Notes: generated from the sequence alone by a model not told the origin. A stretch of 64,000 bases of DNA from Candidatus Doudnabacteria bacterium (GCA_038230955.1 JBBRMG010000002.1:1199-65198), one strand, 5' to 3'; counted from the stretch's first letter, positions 10,561 through 20,450 are shown. Program-made: numbers and translations.

Positions 10561-10764
10561 ATGGGAAATAGAAAAAGTCGAAACGACAATTGGAATAACG
10601 GCAACAAAAAGAATAAATATCGCTCTCGGCCAAAATATTATGCCCTCGGCTCAACCATTGCAGCACCCGCTGCAAGAACGCCCGTCGGCAAAAGCATCAG
10701 TGTATTTAACAACACTCCCATTATCCCTTATGTGACGTCGGGGATAGGCTTTGCGCCTATGTGA
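10561..10764 (+). CDS. Small basic hypothetical protein (67 aa)
   Basis: Own promoter TTGACG-17-TAAAAT (about 10483-10511), GGAGG Shine-Dalgarno, downstream terminator. Confidence 0.5.
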   Translation: MGNRKSRNDNWNNGNKKNKYRSRPKYYALGSTIAAPAARTPVGKSISVFNNTPIIPYVTSGIGFAPM

Positions 10765-10860
10765 CTATTGGCCATCATGGCTATCTTCTTGTTCCAAGTG
10801 GCGTCTAAGACGCCTGCCATAAGAATGTAACGGCCGCAACCATGCAGCGTGTAAAACTCT

Positions 10861-10897
10861 GAGTAGAAGCGATTTATGCTTCTACTCTTTTCTTTTT
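10861..10897 (+). terminator. Intrinsic terminator
   Basis: GAGTAGAAGC-gatttat-GCTTCTACTC followed by TTTTCTTTTT, between convergent genes. Confidence 0.8.
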
Positions 10898-11641
10898 CTA
10901 TTCTTCCAATTTAAACCGCCATAACACCAAGGCCAACAAAATGGCCAACCATAATAGCAGCGGCCACAAGTTCTGGCTCAATGCATAGGCATGTGCCGGT
11001 TGAGTGTATAGATCTCGCAACCCAGTGGCTAAATAAGTCACCGGTAAAAACTTAGCCACAGTTTGCAAAGACCCAGGCAGTGTTGAGATTGGGTAAAAAA
11101 TACCGCCTAGAAATGTCATGGGAATACTGACCAGTGCCGTAATAGGAGCAGCAGATTCATATGTTAATGCGACTGTAGAAATCAATAGCCCTACCAATAA
11201 AAATATTAACCCGCCAATTAATCCAAAGAGTAGTACCGACAAAAAGTTACCGTAAAACGTCGCGCCGAAGAAGACAATGCCAACTAATGTTAGCACCACC
11301 ATTTGCAAAATTATCATGAGCACCCGAGCGGCAAGCAAACTAAGAATTAACTCTGACTTACTGATCGGTGTCACCAAAAATCTTTTCAGCACTCCGCGTG
11401 ATTTAATATCAATCATCCAGTAAGCCAAGCTATAAGTGCCGGTCTGCATTATCATCCAAGCAATCACTCCTGGGAGGACAAAATCTGAATAGCGGACATG
11501 TTCAACCAAACGCCCTATAGGCAAAACGGACAATGCTAAGTAAACTCCTATCGGCATAGCGATAGTAAAGAACAATCCCCCGGCGTTGCGGTAAATTAAT
11601 TTTAAATTCATTAAAAACAATTGTACAAAACTTTTTGTCAT
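10898..11641 (-). CDS. ABC-2 type exporter permease
   Basis: About 6 TM segments; PGVIAW, LKRFLVTP, FLGGIFYP and LPVTY motifs. Confidence 0.9.
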   Translation of the reverse strand: MTKSFVQLFLMNLKLIYRNAGGLFFTIAMPIGVYLALSVLPIGRLVEHVRYSDFVLPGVIAWMIMQTGTYSLAYWMIDIKSRGVLKRFLVTPISKSELILSLLAARVLMIILQMVVLTLVGIVFFGATFYGNFLSVLLFGLIGGLIFLLVGLLISTVALTYESAAPITALVSIPMTFLGGIFYPISTLPGSLQTVAKFLPVTYLATGLRDLYTQPAHAYALSQNLWPLLLWLAILLALVLWRFKLEE

Positions 11642-11643
11642 GT

Positions 11644-12594
11644 CTATATGTCCTCGTAGGAACGTCCGGTTAAATCTAAATACACGTCTTCAAGGCTGGC
11701 GGTCCGAACTGTGAATCCACTGAATCGAATATGTTTCGATTTCAACAGCTCAACAATGGCAGAGATAGAATCCAAAGATTTTACTTCTAGCACCACTTTT
11801 GGGTGATCGCCATACACTTTTGCAATATTATCAATACCTTTCCAAAAACCCTCAGTCAACTGTTCGTTAACCAAAAACGCCACTTGGGTTGTATGAGATA
11901 AATCTTCGATCAAAGTTTTTGGTTCATTGATTGTTAGAATCTCGCCACTGTCCATAATGGCGACCCTGTCACACAAAAACTCTGCTTCTTCCATGTAATG
12001 AGTAGTCATCACGATAGTAATCCCTCGTTTGTTTATCATCCGAACTAGCTCCCATACATCGCGCCGAGCTCTAGGATCTAAACCTGTAGTGGGCTCGTCT
12101 AGAAATAAAATTTCTGGATCATTCACCAATGACGAAGCTAAAGTAAATCGTTGCTTTTCACCACCTGACAAATCTTTGACTTGCGAATGTAGCTTATCGG
12201 TCAAGTTTACAAAACCCAAAAGTTTTTCAATATCCGCCGAACGATTGTAAAAAGAAGCAAACAAATCTAACAACTCTGAAAGATCCATCGATTGCATATA
12301 ATGGCTAGATTGCAACTGTACCCCAATTCGCTTTTTAATATCTGTTGACTGAGATAAATTATCTAAGCCTAGTACTGACACAGTACCAGCTGACTGTTTC
12401 TTTAACCCCTCAATAATTTCCAAGGTTGTGGTTTTGCCAGCACCGTTTGGGCCTAATATACCAAAAATTTCTCCCTGCTTCACAGCGAAGGAGATTCCTT
12501 TTACAGCTTCAAATATGGTTTGTCCTTCTTTCCGGTCCGCCCGAGGCAAGGGGTAGGTTTTTGTCAGTCCGATAATTTCAATCACATTTTCCAT
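11644..12594 (-). CDS. ABC exporter ATP-binding protein (DrrA-like)
   Basis: GPNGAGKTT, LSGGEKQR, LFLDEPTTGLDP and TTHYMEEA motifs; start at ATG 12594 (TATACT 6 nt upstream). Confidence 0.93.
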   Translation of the reverse strand: MENVIEIIGLTKTYPLPRADRKEGQTIFEAVKGISFAVKQGEIFGILGPNGAGKTTTLEIIEGLKKQSAGTVSVLGLDNLSQSTDIKKRIGVQLQSSHYMQSMDLSELLDLFASFYNRSADIEKLLGFVNLTDKLHSQVKDLSGGEKQRFTLASSLVNDPEILFLDEPTTGLDPRARRDVWELVRMINKRGITIVMTTHYMEEAEFLCDRVAIMDSGEILTINEPKTLIEDLSHTTQVAFLVNEQLTEGFWKGIDNIAKVYGDHPKVVLEVKSLDSISAIVELLKSKHIRFSGFTVRTASLEDVYLDLTGRSYEDI

Positions 12595-12666
12595 GGACAC
12601 AGTATATCATAAAAAAACGGCTACATAGTGCGTGCTATGTAGCCCAATGCGACTGCTTAATGTGAG

Positions 12667-13176
12667 TTAAGCTTTGGCCTTGTATTGCCTTACTTTCATG
12701 GCGACATACAAGGGCGCAGCGATTGCAATAATCACATTACAAATCACTAATCCTAGAACCCAAAAATGAAACTTGAACCCCAGTAATATCCAGTAAGCCC
12801 AACCGCTCTCCCAGGCAAAAACAGCCGCGATGGCAGCCGCCGGTCCGAATAAAATTGGGATCCACAACATTTTCGTAAAGACATTGTTGTTCTTCCAATT
12901 TTCATACGGATGCTTTTCCCAGTCCCAATCATTTTCCGTCAATCCTTTGTACCAACCGGAACGATGAATTAGCAATGCGAATAGGGCCATAAACCCCGTT
13001 CCTGATACCGCCACCAATTCCATGATATAGCGGATTTCAATTGCTTTAGGAAACGCCGCATGCATTCCGGCTAGCAAGAATAAAGTTGCCAAGAGAAGAC
13101 CCAGCACAGAGTACTGAGTACTATTAAAGCTGTTTATTTCATCAGCCCGTTCTTTTATAGATGTATAATAATCCAT
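12667..13176 (-). CDS. Hypothetical membrane protein (about 4 TM)
   Basis: 169-aa ORF with hydrophobic segments; AAGGAG SD upstream. Confidence 0.7.
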   Translation of the reverse strand: MDYYTSIKERADEINSFNSTQYSVLGLLLATLFLLAGMHAAFPKAIEIRYIMELVAVSGTGFMALFALLIHRSGWYKGLTENDWDWEKHPYENWKNNNVFTKMLWIPILFGPAAAIAAVFAWESGWAYWILLGFKFHFWVLGLVICNVIIAIAAPLYVAMKVRQYKAKA

Positions 13177-13309
13177 TTTACTCCTTATTTATCCTCGTAT
13201 TCTATTGTGAAAGATCTATATCTAATAATAGAATACCATACCTCAACCACATCGTCTCGTCAATATGTGACACTAGGCTTAGTGAGTACAACAGTATATA
13301 ATTAACGGT

Positions 13310-15367
13310 ATGAAATTCAAGATCAAAACTGAATATAGCCCGGCGGGCGATCAACCACAAGCAATCAAGGGGCTACTCAGTTCTTTGGCGGATGGTTACC
13401 GGCACCAGACGCTACTCGGCGTCACCGGTTCCGGCAAAACATACACCATGGCTAACGTGATTGAGAAAATCCAAAAACCAACTCTAATAATGTGTCACAA
13501 CAAAACTTTGGCCGCACAATTAGCTTCCGAATTCCAGCACTACTTTCCTGACAATGCCGTGCACTACTTCGTCTCCTACTACGACTACTACCAACCTGAA
13601 GCCTATATCGCTCGATCCGACACTTACATTGAAAAAGAAACCACAATTAACGAAGAGATTGACCGACTACGGAATGCCGCCACACAGTCTTTGCTGTCAC
13701 GGCCAGACACGCTAATTGTGGCTTCCGTTTCCTGCATCTACGGTTTAGGTAACCCGGCTAATTATTTGGAGTTGTCTTTGGAAATAAAAAAGGGGCAGAG
13801 TTTAAAGCGAGACCGTCTGCTGCGTCGCTTAACGGATTTACAATTCTCGCGTAATGATTACGATTTGCACCGCGGTACTTACCGCGTTCAGGGCGATACT
13901 ATTGAAATTGTTTTAGCTTCGGAGGACACTATTATTCGTCTGAAATTTTTTGGTGATGATGTTGAAGAAATAGAACGTCTCCACATGATTACTGGCGAGA
14001 CGTTAGAAATGTTAGAAAAAGTGAAAATTTTCCCAGCTAAGCATTTCGTGACCCCAGAAGACAAAATGCCCATTGCTCTAGACCGCATTCGAGAAGAACT
14101 ATTGGGGCGCTTAGCTGAATTACGAACACAAGGCAAAATACTGGAAGCCGCTCGATTAGAACAGCGCACTAACTTCGACCTAGAAATGCTCACAAATACT
14201 GGGTTTGTCTCTGGGATTGAAAACTACTCCCGCCAAATGGAAGGGCGCGAACCCGGCGATCCTCCATCTACATTAATCGACTATTTCCCTGATGACTTCC
14301 TTTTAATGATAGACGAGTCGCATCAAACCATCCCTCAAATTGGTGGCATGTACGAAGGAGATAAATCGCGCAAAACCAATTTGATTGATTACGGTTTTCG
14401 TTTACCCTCAGCGTTAGATAATCGACCGTTAAAATTTGCCGAATTTGAAAACAAAATTGACCAAGTAGTGTTTGTATCAGCAACCCCCGGGCCTTATGAA
14501 ATTCGCAAAAGCTTAGATGAGAATTTTAAAGTCACCGACAAAAAGAAAACAATTATCAAAAAAGATTTAAGCAAAATTGCCATCGTCGAACAAATTAATC
14601 GCCCAACAGGATTAATAGACCCGACCATAGAACTACAGCCCATTAAAAACCAAGTAGACCATTTGTTAGAACAAATTCGCATTCGAATAGATTGCGGTGA
14701 GCGAGTCATTGTGACCACACTATCCAAACGAATGTCGGAAGAGTTAACCGAATACATTAAAGAGGCCGGGATTAAAGCACAGTACTTACACTCAGAAATT
14801 GAAACGTTCGAACGTCTAGAAACTCTGCGCGATTTGCGTCTCGGAGTTTATGATGTGGTCATTGGGATTAACTTACTGCGCGAAGGATTAGACTTACCGG
14901 AGGTGTCGTTGGTAGCAATCCTCGATGCGGACAAAGAAGGGTTTTTACGTTCTGAAACAGCGTTCATGCAAATCATGGGGCGCGCCGCTCGTCATTTGAA
15001 CGGCCACGTTATTATGTATGCTGATCGCATTACTAAGTCCATGCAAGCTGCCATAGATGAAACTACTCGGCGGCGCAAAATTCAAGAAGCATACAACACC
15101 GAGCATGGCATTACGCCAAAAAGCATCATCAAAAAAATTGCCGACTCAAGGCTTAGTGGCAGTCACCAAACTGCTGAAGATGACGGCTACCAAGGGGTAG
15201 AGATAGATCCATCTAAGTTGGACGCCACTCAGCTCAAATACTATGTCAATGAGCTCAATGACCGAATGGAACTGGCCGCTAAAGATATGGAATTTGAGCT
15301 GGCGGCACGGTTGCGGGACCGAATTGCCGAAATCAACAAAGTAAGGAAACTGAAGAAAAAGACCTAG
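13310..15367 (+). CDS. uvrB: Excinuclease ABC subunit B
   Basis: PAGDQPQAI, GVTGSGKT, YYDYYQPEAY, DESH motifs and C-terminal UVR domain. Confidence 0.98.
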   Translation: MKFKIKTEYSPAGDQPQAIKGLLSSLADGYRHQTLLGVTGSGKTYTMANVIEKIQKPTLIMCHNKTLAAQLASEFQHYFPDNAVHYFVSYYDYYQPEAYIARSDTYIEKETTINEEIDRLRNAATQSLLSRPDTLIVASVSCIYGLGNPANYLELSLEIKKGQSLKRDRLLRRLTDLQFSRNDYDLHRGTYRVQGDTIEIVLASEDTIIRLKFFGDDVEEIERLHMITGETLEMLEKVKIFPAKHFVTPEDKMPIALDRIREELLGRLAELRTQGKILEAARLEQRTNFDLEMLTNTGFVSGIENYSRQMEGREPGDPPSTLIDYFPDDFLLMIDESHQTIPQIGGMYEGDKSRKTNLIDYGFRLPSALDNRPLKFAEFENKIDQVVFVSATPGPYEIRKSLDENFKVTDKKKTIIKKDLSKIAIVEQINRPTGLIDPTIELQPIKNQVDHLLEQIRIRIDCGERVIVTTLSKRMSEELTEYIKEAGIKAQYLHSEIETFERLETLRDLRLGVYDVVIGINLLREGLDLPEVSLVAILDADKEGFLRSETAFMQIMGRAARHLNGHVIMYADRITKSMQAAIDETTRRRKIQEAYNTEHGITPKSIIKKIADSRLSGSHQTAEDDGYQGVEIDPSKLDATQLKYYVNELNDRMELAAKDMEFELAARLRDRIAEINKVRKLKKKT

Positions 15368-15395
15368 ATCAGCCCCCCGACCACCTAAAAGCCAC

Positions 15396-15422
15396 AAAAG
15401 CCCTATATATTGGGGCTTTTTT
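15396..15422 (+). terminator. Intrinsic terminator after uvrB
   Basis: AAAAGCCC..GGGCTTTTTT. Confidence 0.7.
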
Positions 15423-15470
15423 ATTGGCTAAGGCCTTGCTGCTCTTCAGATTAGAATTTGCGCAAGTTAT

Positions 15471-15499
15471 TTGACAAAAAGCTTAGAATTAGGTATAAT
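15471..15499 (+). promoter_or_regulatory. Consensus sigma70 promoter
   Basis: TTGACA-17 nt-TATAAT. Confidence 0.8.
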
Positions 15500-15562
15500 A
15501 CCATCAATCAAGGTTTTAATATCACCTTGTACGTTTAGTTCGAAAAGCCATAGGAGGCTAGA

Positions 15563-15967
15563 ATGTTAAAAGAGACACCAATCAAATCGACAACAGTTTT
15601 TTTGACAACAATCGTCAAATTTGGGTTAGTTTTGGGTATTGCTGCAGGTATTGCGGCTTTGGTGCTTGAGGCATCCAAACCACTCAATATCCCATCAATC
15701 AATTCGGCGAACATCGCTTCCATGTACGATAAAACGCACTGGAAGCTTAATGGAAAGATCGCAACGCCAGACGGATTATTGCTTTCGCTGGAATGCATCC
15801 AGTGCAACAAAAACAATGCCAATCAGGTTTCAGTGATGATTCACAATTCCCACAAAAACAGCGGCGAGTTGACAGTTAGGAAGACTTATTTTCTAACCGT
15901 CGCAGAGCCGCCGGCCGATGTCAAAAACCCAACAATCTTCGATTATCTTCAGTTCGATGAAGAATAG
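15563..15967 (+). CDS. Membrane-anchored hypothetical protein
   Basis: AGGAGG SD, consensus promoter, N-terminal TM, downstream hairpin plus T-tract. Confidence 0.7.
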   Translation: MLKETPIKSTTVFLTTIVKFGLVLGIAAGIAALVLEASKPLNIPSINSANIASMYDKTHWKLNGKIATPDGLLLSLECIQCNKNNANQVSVMIHNSHKNSGELTVRKTYFLTVAEPPADVKNPTIFDYLQFDEE

Positions 15968-16182
15968 TCGAGATTCAGATTTTTTTTGAGCGTGCGAAAG
16001 TAACATTTTACTTCTCGTTGCGCTCTTTTCTTTTGCCTTGCCAAATCCCTATGTTTTTGCTACAATCTTATGGCTTTACTAATGTTTTAAGGCTCTCAGG
16101 CTTTCCCGCCGTGTCACAATGGGATAAGGATGAGGCTGTCATAAAGCAGCAAGTTATATCAATGACAACTAATAATATTTAA

Positions 16183-16449
16183 ATGCCTAATACCAAGTCC
16201 GCGGCCAAAGCGATGCGCCAATCAGCCCGTCGCCACGTCGCAAACCTCAAGACCAAAGCTAAGGTCAAAGACGCAACCAAAAAAGTTCGCAAGAGCTTAG
16301 AAGCCAAGTCTGCCACCGAAGCCACCGCTGCATTACGTGGCGCCATGGCCGCTCTCGACAAAGCTGCTAAGAAAGGCGTCATTCACAAGAACACTGCCTC
16401 TCGCAAAAAGTCCCGCATGGCCAAGGCCATCGCCAAACTTTCTAAGTAA
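16183..16449 (+). CDS. rpsT: 30S ribosomal protein S20
   Basis: MPNTKSAAKAMRQ...DKAAKKGVIHKNTASRKKSR. Confidence 0.97.
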   Translation: MPNTKSAAKAMRQSARRHVANLKTKAKVKDATKKVRKSLEAKSATEATAALRGAMAALDKAAKKGVIHKNTASRKKSRMAKAIAKLSK

Positions 16450-16454
16450 ACATC

Positions 16455-16525
16455 AACACCTCTTATTGAGCTGAAACCAGTCGCTAACGCTCTAATGGTT
16501 TCTCTCTCAACAAGAGGTGTTTTTT
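16455..16525. repeat. Terminator-like inverted repeat with shortened core (repeat family copy D)
   Basis: AACACCTCTT..TTGAG / CTCAA..AAGAGGTGTTTTT around GAAACCAGTCGCT-AA-CGCTCTAATGGTTTC. Confidence 0.65.
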
Positions 16526-17537
16526 ATTTCTTGCTAATTAAATTAGCAATCAGCTGAACCATCACTTCTTTGTGGTCCGGCTTGCTTTCGGCAACCAAGA
16601 GCGCTATAGCCGTCAAAGCGTTATCAGAAATAATCCGCTCCCCTCTCCGATTATACACTCGATTGTTCTCTACTAAATATAACAGAAACAATAACGAACC
16701 AATGCGCTTGTTGCCATCAGCAAATGGATGATCTTTAATAGCGAAGTACAACAGATGCGCCGCTTTTTCTTCCATTGTTTGATACAGTACTTTGCCATCG
16801 AATGTTTGTTCAATATTTCCCAGCAATGCTTTTAGTTTATCTCCCACCTGTTTGCCAAATAAATCGCTGGCCTGCTTATCTTTCATTAAGCGAGCACGAA
16901 ACCGATCTACTGCTTTTGTTACTTTCTCGTGATCTAACGCCGCAATAACTTTCTTCGTACCTTTTTCCAAAACCAAATCATCTTTGTCATACTGATACAA
17001 CGTCGCCCAAGTATTGGCGTAGTCGGTAATAATATTGAGCACTTCCTTTTCATAACCTTCCAGCTGTTTGTTCTGAATAGCCGTTTGAATTAGGGAAACA
17101 GCCCCCTGCAGTTCTTTGACTTTAGCGACATTCTGATCTTTCAATCGCTGCTGGTTTACGGCGTACCCTTTTAGTAGATAATCACGCAGCCGCTGAGTGG
17201 CCCATATGCGGAACTGGGTGCCGCGTTTGGAATTAACTCTGTAGCCGACCGAAATAATCATGTCGATATTATAGAACTCAATTTCACGCTCTACTTGCCG
17301 TTTTCCTTCCATTTGAACTATCCGGAATTTCCGGATAGTTCGATTTTGGCTTAATTCAGACTCTTTATATACATTTTTAATATGTTCATTAATAGTTCTC
17401 AAGTCTTTACCAAACAATTCTGCCATCTGAGCTTGACTCAACCAAACAGTTTCATCTACAAAATTAACACGAATAACGGGACCTTCGTCAGTTTTATATA
17501 TTTCTATCTCACCTGTTTTAGGTTCATTTTTCCCCAT
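16524..17537 (-). CDS. RhuM-family N-terminal domain fused to Fic/Doc domain
   Basis: ETVWLSQAQMAELF and IISVGYRVNS..GTQFRIWA (RhuM); HPFADGNKRIG (Fic/Doc). Confidence 0.9.
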   Translation of the reverse strand: MGKNEPKTGEIEIYKTDEGPVIRVNFVDETVWLSQAQMAELFGKDLRTINEHIKNVYKESELSQNRTIRKFRIVQMEGKRQVEREIEFYNIDMIISVGYRVNSKRGTQFRIWATQRLRDYLLKGYAVNQQRLKDQNVAKVKELQGAVSLIQTAIQNKQLEGYEKEVLNIITDYANTWATLYQYDKDDLVLEKGTKKVIAALDHEKVTKAVDRFRARLMKDKQASDLFGKQVGDKLKALLGNIEQTFDGKVLYQTMEEKAAHLLYFAIKDHPFADGNKRIGSLLFLLYLVENNRVYNRRGERIISDNALTAIALLVAESKPDHKEVMVQLIANLISKK

Positions 17538-17655
17538 ATATTTTCTGATTACACACTACTACTCAAGAGTAACATACTCAAGATAAAATTTCGTTAAAGC
17601 TTTTGTAAATTCTATATAAAATTTCAGTTATACGGAAGCCCCCCGGTAGCTCACC

Positions 17656-18396
17656 TCAATTTATAAAAGGCTTCGCTGCTTGCCAGGCCATATCAAACAT
17701 CGCTTTCATGGTACCAACAATACTGACATCTTCAATGCGTACTACAAACAAGTTATTCTCGTGAATGCGAAACAGTGCCATGACATTGCCGTATATTGCA
17801 CTGTCGTTTTCAATCCCCTCTTTTGTGGCCAGTCTCGAAGAGTAATGCTTGCCCGCGGTTAAGGCATATCGCTTGGAACTACGGCGGGTTTCTGGGGTAT
17901 CAGCAATAATTTCCCGAGTTCGAATTTGATTCTGCTCAATAGTTTCGCTTAAGTGCGTAAAAGTATTGTGGAAGATATGTTCAAAAGTGGCTAAGTTAGT
18001 CCAAAATCTAATGTTGTTAGCCTGGCTAATTTCATCGTAAATTTGTTCCATCCCTTTTTTCCCGACCAATACACGCACCCCAGGCCGTCCCTGTTCCGCG
18101 TTTTGTATAGCTCGCAACTCTGGCATTGCCGCTTGCACGGCCTGCAGTTGCTCTTGCGCCCTTAGCTCCAGCAATTCCGGATTGGCTGGATAATAGTATT
18201 CTTTTTTCCCGAGCGGCACCTTCTCCAATAAGCCGTCTTTCATGAGTTGCTGGATATGAATGTAAGCTGTGGGACGTTTTAAATCAGCCTTTTGAGCCAG
18301 TGTTTGAACCGATGCCGTGCCTAAAGATAATGCTGCTAGGTAGATTTTAGCAGCTTTTTCATCAAACCCGAGGGTGGTTAATGTATTAGAATCCAT
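17656..18396 (-). CDS. TrmB-family transcriptional regulator (paralogue 1)
   Basis: LGFDEKAAKIYLAALSLG...LKRPTAY wHTH; C-terminal domain ending FDMAWQAA; start at 18396 matches paralogue length. Confidence 0.88.
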   Translation of the reverse strand: MDSNTLTTLGFDEKAAKIYLAALSLGTASVQTLAQKADLKRPTAYIHIQQLMKDGLLEKVPLGKKEYYYPANPELLELRAQEQLQAVQAAMPELRAIQNAEQGRPGVRVLVGKKGMEQIYDEISQANNIRFWTNLATFEHIFHNTFTHLSETIEQNQIRTREIIADTPETRRSSKRYALTAGKHYSSRLATKEGIENDSAIYGNVMALFRIHENNLFVVRIEDVSIVGTMKAMFDMAWQAAKPFIN

Positions 18397-18425
18397 ATCA
18401 AAAGTATGGATTTTTTTTATTATTT

Positions 18426-18442
18426 TGTCAATAAAACTGACA
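18426..18442. promoter_or_regulatory. Palindromic operator candidate overlapping the TrmB1 -35
   Basis: TGTCA-ataaaac-TGACA; the left half reads TTGACA on the minus strand, 17 nt from CATACT. Confidence 0.55.
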
Positions 18443-18575
18443 AAAATAAACAATATTAAGCAATATATCCCAATAAATGGCAAGTTATTATCCTATAATC
18501 AGTTTTGTCGTTAATTTTTCTGTCATTCTCTGCTATTCTTGTTCGTTAAACATTAATCAATAAGGAGCATGATAA

Positions 18576-19685
18576 ATGACTAGATATATCAAGGTATTAA
18601 TTATTGTTGTAGTAATTGTGGCAATTGCAATAATCGCTCATGGCATTACTGACAAAACCACTCCCGCAGCCAGCCAGGCTGGCTTAAAGATAGGATCCAT
18701 CCTGCCTTTAACTGGGGACTTCGCCTCATTCGGCAGCGAAATCAATCGGGGCGCAGAAATAGCGGTGGATGAAGCCAGACAGTCTGGCATTAATATAGAG
18801 TATGTTAGCGAGGATGATCGATCGGAACCCACCAAGTCAGTCGATGCGGCTAACAAGCTAGTTCACGCTGACAACGTAGACGTCGCCTTTACTGCCACCG
18901 TGCAGGAAGTAAAACCTACCGCGCCGATATTCAACAATGGCCAGACACCACTGATTGCAGTATGGGATAGCAATGACTTTATTAAAACCGCTGGCTCAAG
19001 CATCTTTACTACCGGCTTTGGCACGGAAGCCGCTGGTCAAACAATGGCTCGGCACGCACACAATACTTTAGGCTTACAAAAAGTAGCTGTCATACCAATG
19101 AAAGATGACTGGTCTAGCTTGATTGCCGATGCCTATATAAAAGAATTTACCAAGCTGGGTGGCACAGTTACCATGAGCGAACAAACAAGCGCTAACCAAA
19201 AAGATTTTCGCACTCTAATTGCCAAAGCCCAAAATTCTGGAGCAGAAGGAATCTATGCACCACTGTTGCCTCAAGCCGGTGGTCCATTCCTAAAGCAAAC
19301 AAGAGAATTAAACTTCCATGGACCAATCATGATGGGCGATAGTTTTTCTCAGAACGATGTCAATGTCGCCAACGGTGCAGCTGAGAATGTCTACTTCACC
19401 AATTTGTACGCCAGCCAGACTGACCAGTTATCAGCCAAGTACAAAGCTAAGTTCAGCGCTACCCCGAGTGACCCAATCTTTGTCTCATTCGGCTACGACG
19501 CCATTAAAACTATTATTGCAGCACATCACAAAGCAATCGATGATAAAACATCCATTAAGCAAGCGTTACTTAACACGAAATTGCAAGGCACTGGCACTCT
19601 GATTAATTTTAACGGCAAACAATATTCGGAGCGATTAGAAAAACTGTACCAAGTGAAGAATGGACGGTTCATCGAGATAAAGTAA
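18576..19685 (+). CDS. LivJ/LivK-type (type I) ABC substrate-binding protein, membrane-anchored, orphan
   Basis: KIGSILPLTGDFASFG, EDD, DFRTLIAK and GYDA motifs; N-terminal TM; no adjacent permease or ATPase. Confidence 0.9.
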   Translation: MTRYIKVLIIVVVIVAIAIIAHGITDKTTPAASQAGLKIGSILPLTGDFASFGSEINRGAEIAVDEARQSGINIEYVSEDDRSEPTKSVDAANKLVHADNVDVAFTATVQEVKPTAPIFNNGQTPLIAVWDSNDFIKTAGSSIFTTGFGTEAAGQTMARHAHNTLGLQKVAVIPMKDDWSSLIADAYIKEFTKLGGTVTMSEQTSANQKDFRTLIAKAQNSGAEGIYAPLLPQAGGPFLKQTRELNFHGPIMMGDSFSQNDVNVANGAAENVYFTNLYASQTDQLSAKYKAKFSATPSDPIFVSFGYDAIKTIIAAHHKAIDDKTSIKQALLNTKLQGTGTLINFNGKQYSERLEKLYQVKNGRFIEIK

Positions 19686-19688
19686 GAT

Positions 19689-19716
19689 AAAAGCCACCAG
19701 TTGCTGGTGGCTTTTT
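19689..19716. terminator. Bidirectional intrinsic terminator
   Basis: AAAAGCCACCAG-ttg-CTGGTGGCTTTT between convergent genes. Confidence 0.85.
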
Positions 19717-20450
19717 TACTCCATGACCTCTGCCGATCGCCAAGCCAACTCAAATAATGTTTTCAAAGACTGCGATACCTCGCGACTGGTAATCATTACT
19801 GCAAACAGTTCAGGCTGAAAAGAAAAAAATACTACACTATCACCAAACAATGCACTATCTGTCGGAAACGTTAAGCCAATAGGCACAAAACGGAATTGGT
19901 GATTCGGCATTTTCTGCGCCGCCTGGCGATACTCATCATCTTGAGGAGAATGAATAATTAACTCTTTTACTTGAATTCGCTTTTCACTAATGTTTTTTAA
20001 AAAACTTGCCAGTCCCTCGGGAAACATTTTTGCTACTTCTTGCGTAGTGCCAAACAGTGATACTCCACCTGAATTAAATATTTTTTCATAGACCTGCCTA
20101 ACCCCTTCTTTACCTTCATACAACTGCACTTGGGGTTTATCTTTTCGCTTGTTAAAAGAAGCTAATAATTGTGGGAGTGAGTGACTAAGTAAGTCCTGTT
20201 TCTTTTTTAAATCAAAGCTCAATTGCTCAGGTGATTCCGCAGCATACAAAATTTTCTTGTTGCGGGGAATTACATTGACCAAACCCTTTTGTTTTAGCTC
20301 ATCCAATACTAAATAAGTAGTCGGGCGTTTGATTCCCGCTTTCTGGGCAATTCCGTAAACAGAAGCTGTCCCTAGTTCCAATAAAGCCACATAAACGCTG
20401 GCTTGTTTTTCGTTTAGGCCTAATTTTTCCAATACTTCAATCATATCCAT
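19716..20450 (-). CDS. TrmB-family transcriptional regulator (paralogue 2)
   Basis: LGLNEKQASVYVALLELG...IKRPTTY; PQVQLYEGKEG; ends LFELAWRSA. Confidence 0.9.
   Translation of the reverse strand: MDMIEVLEKLGLNEKQASVYVALLELGTASVYGIAQKAGIKRPTTYLVLDELKQKGLVNVIPRNKKILYAAESPEQLSFDLKKKQDLLSHSLPQLLASFNKRKDKPQVQLYEGKEGVRQVYEKIFNSGGVSLFGTTQEVAKMFPEGLASFLKNISEKRIQVKELIIHSPQDDEYRQAAQKMPNHQFRFVPIGLTFPTDSALFGDSVVFFSFQPELFAVMITSREVSQSLKTLFELAWRSAEVME

Noticed and set aside
13285-13302. GTAC-aaca-GTAT upstream of uvrB as an SOS box
   Set aside because: Single imperfect instance; no matching motif was seen upstream of ruvA or other repair genes.
18397-18483. N-terminal extensions in the ORF track (TrmB1 to 18483, SBP2 from 20581, rsmI to 49409, ruvA from 7144, ORF 26754)
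   Set aside because: They overlap promoter or operator DNA and precede the homologous family start.
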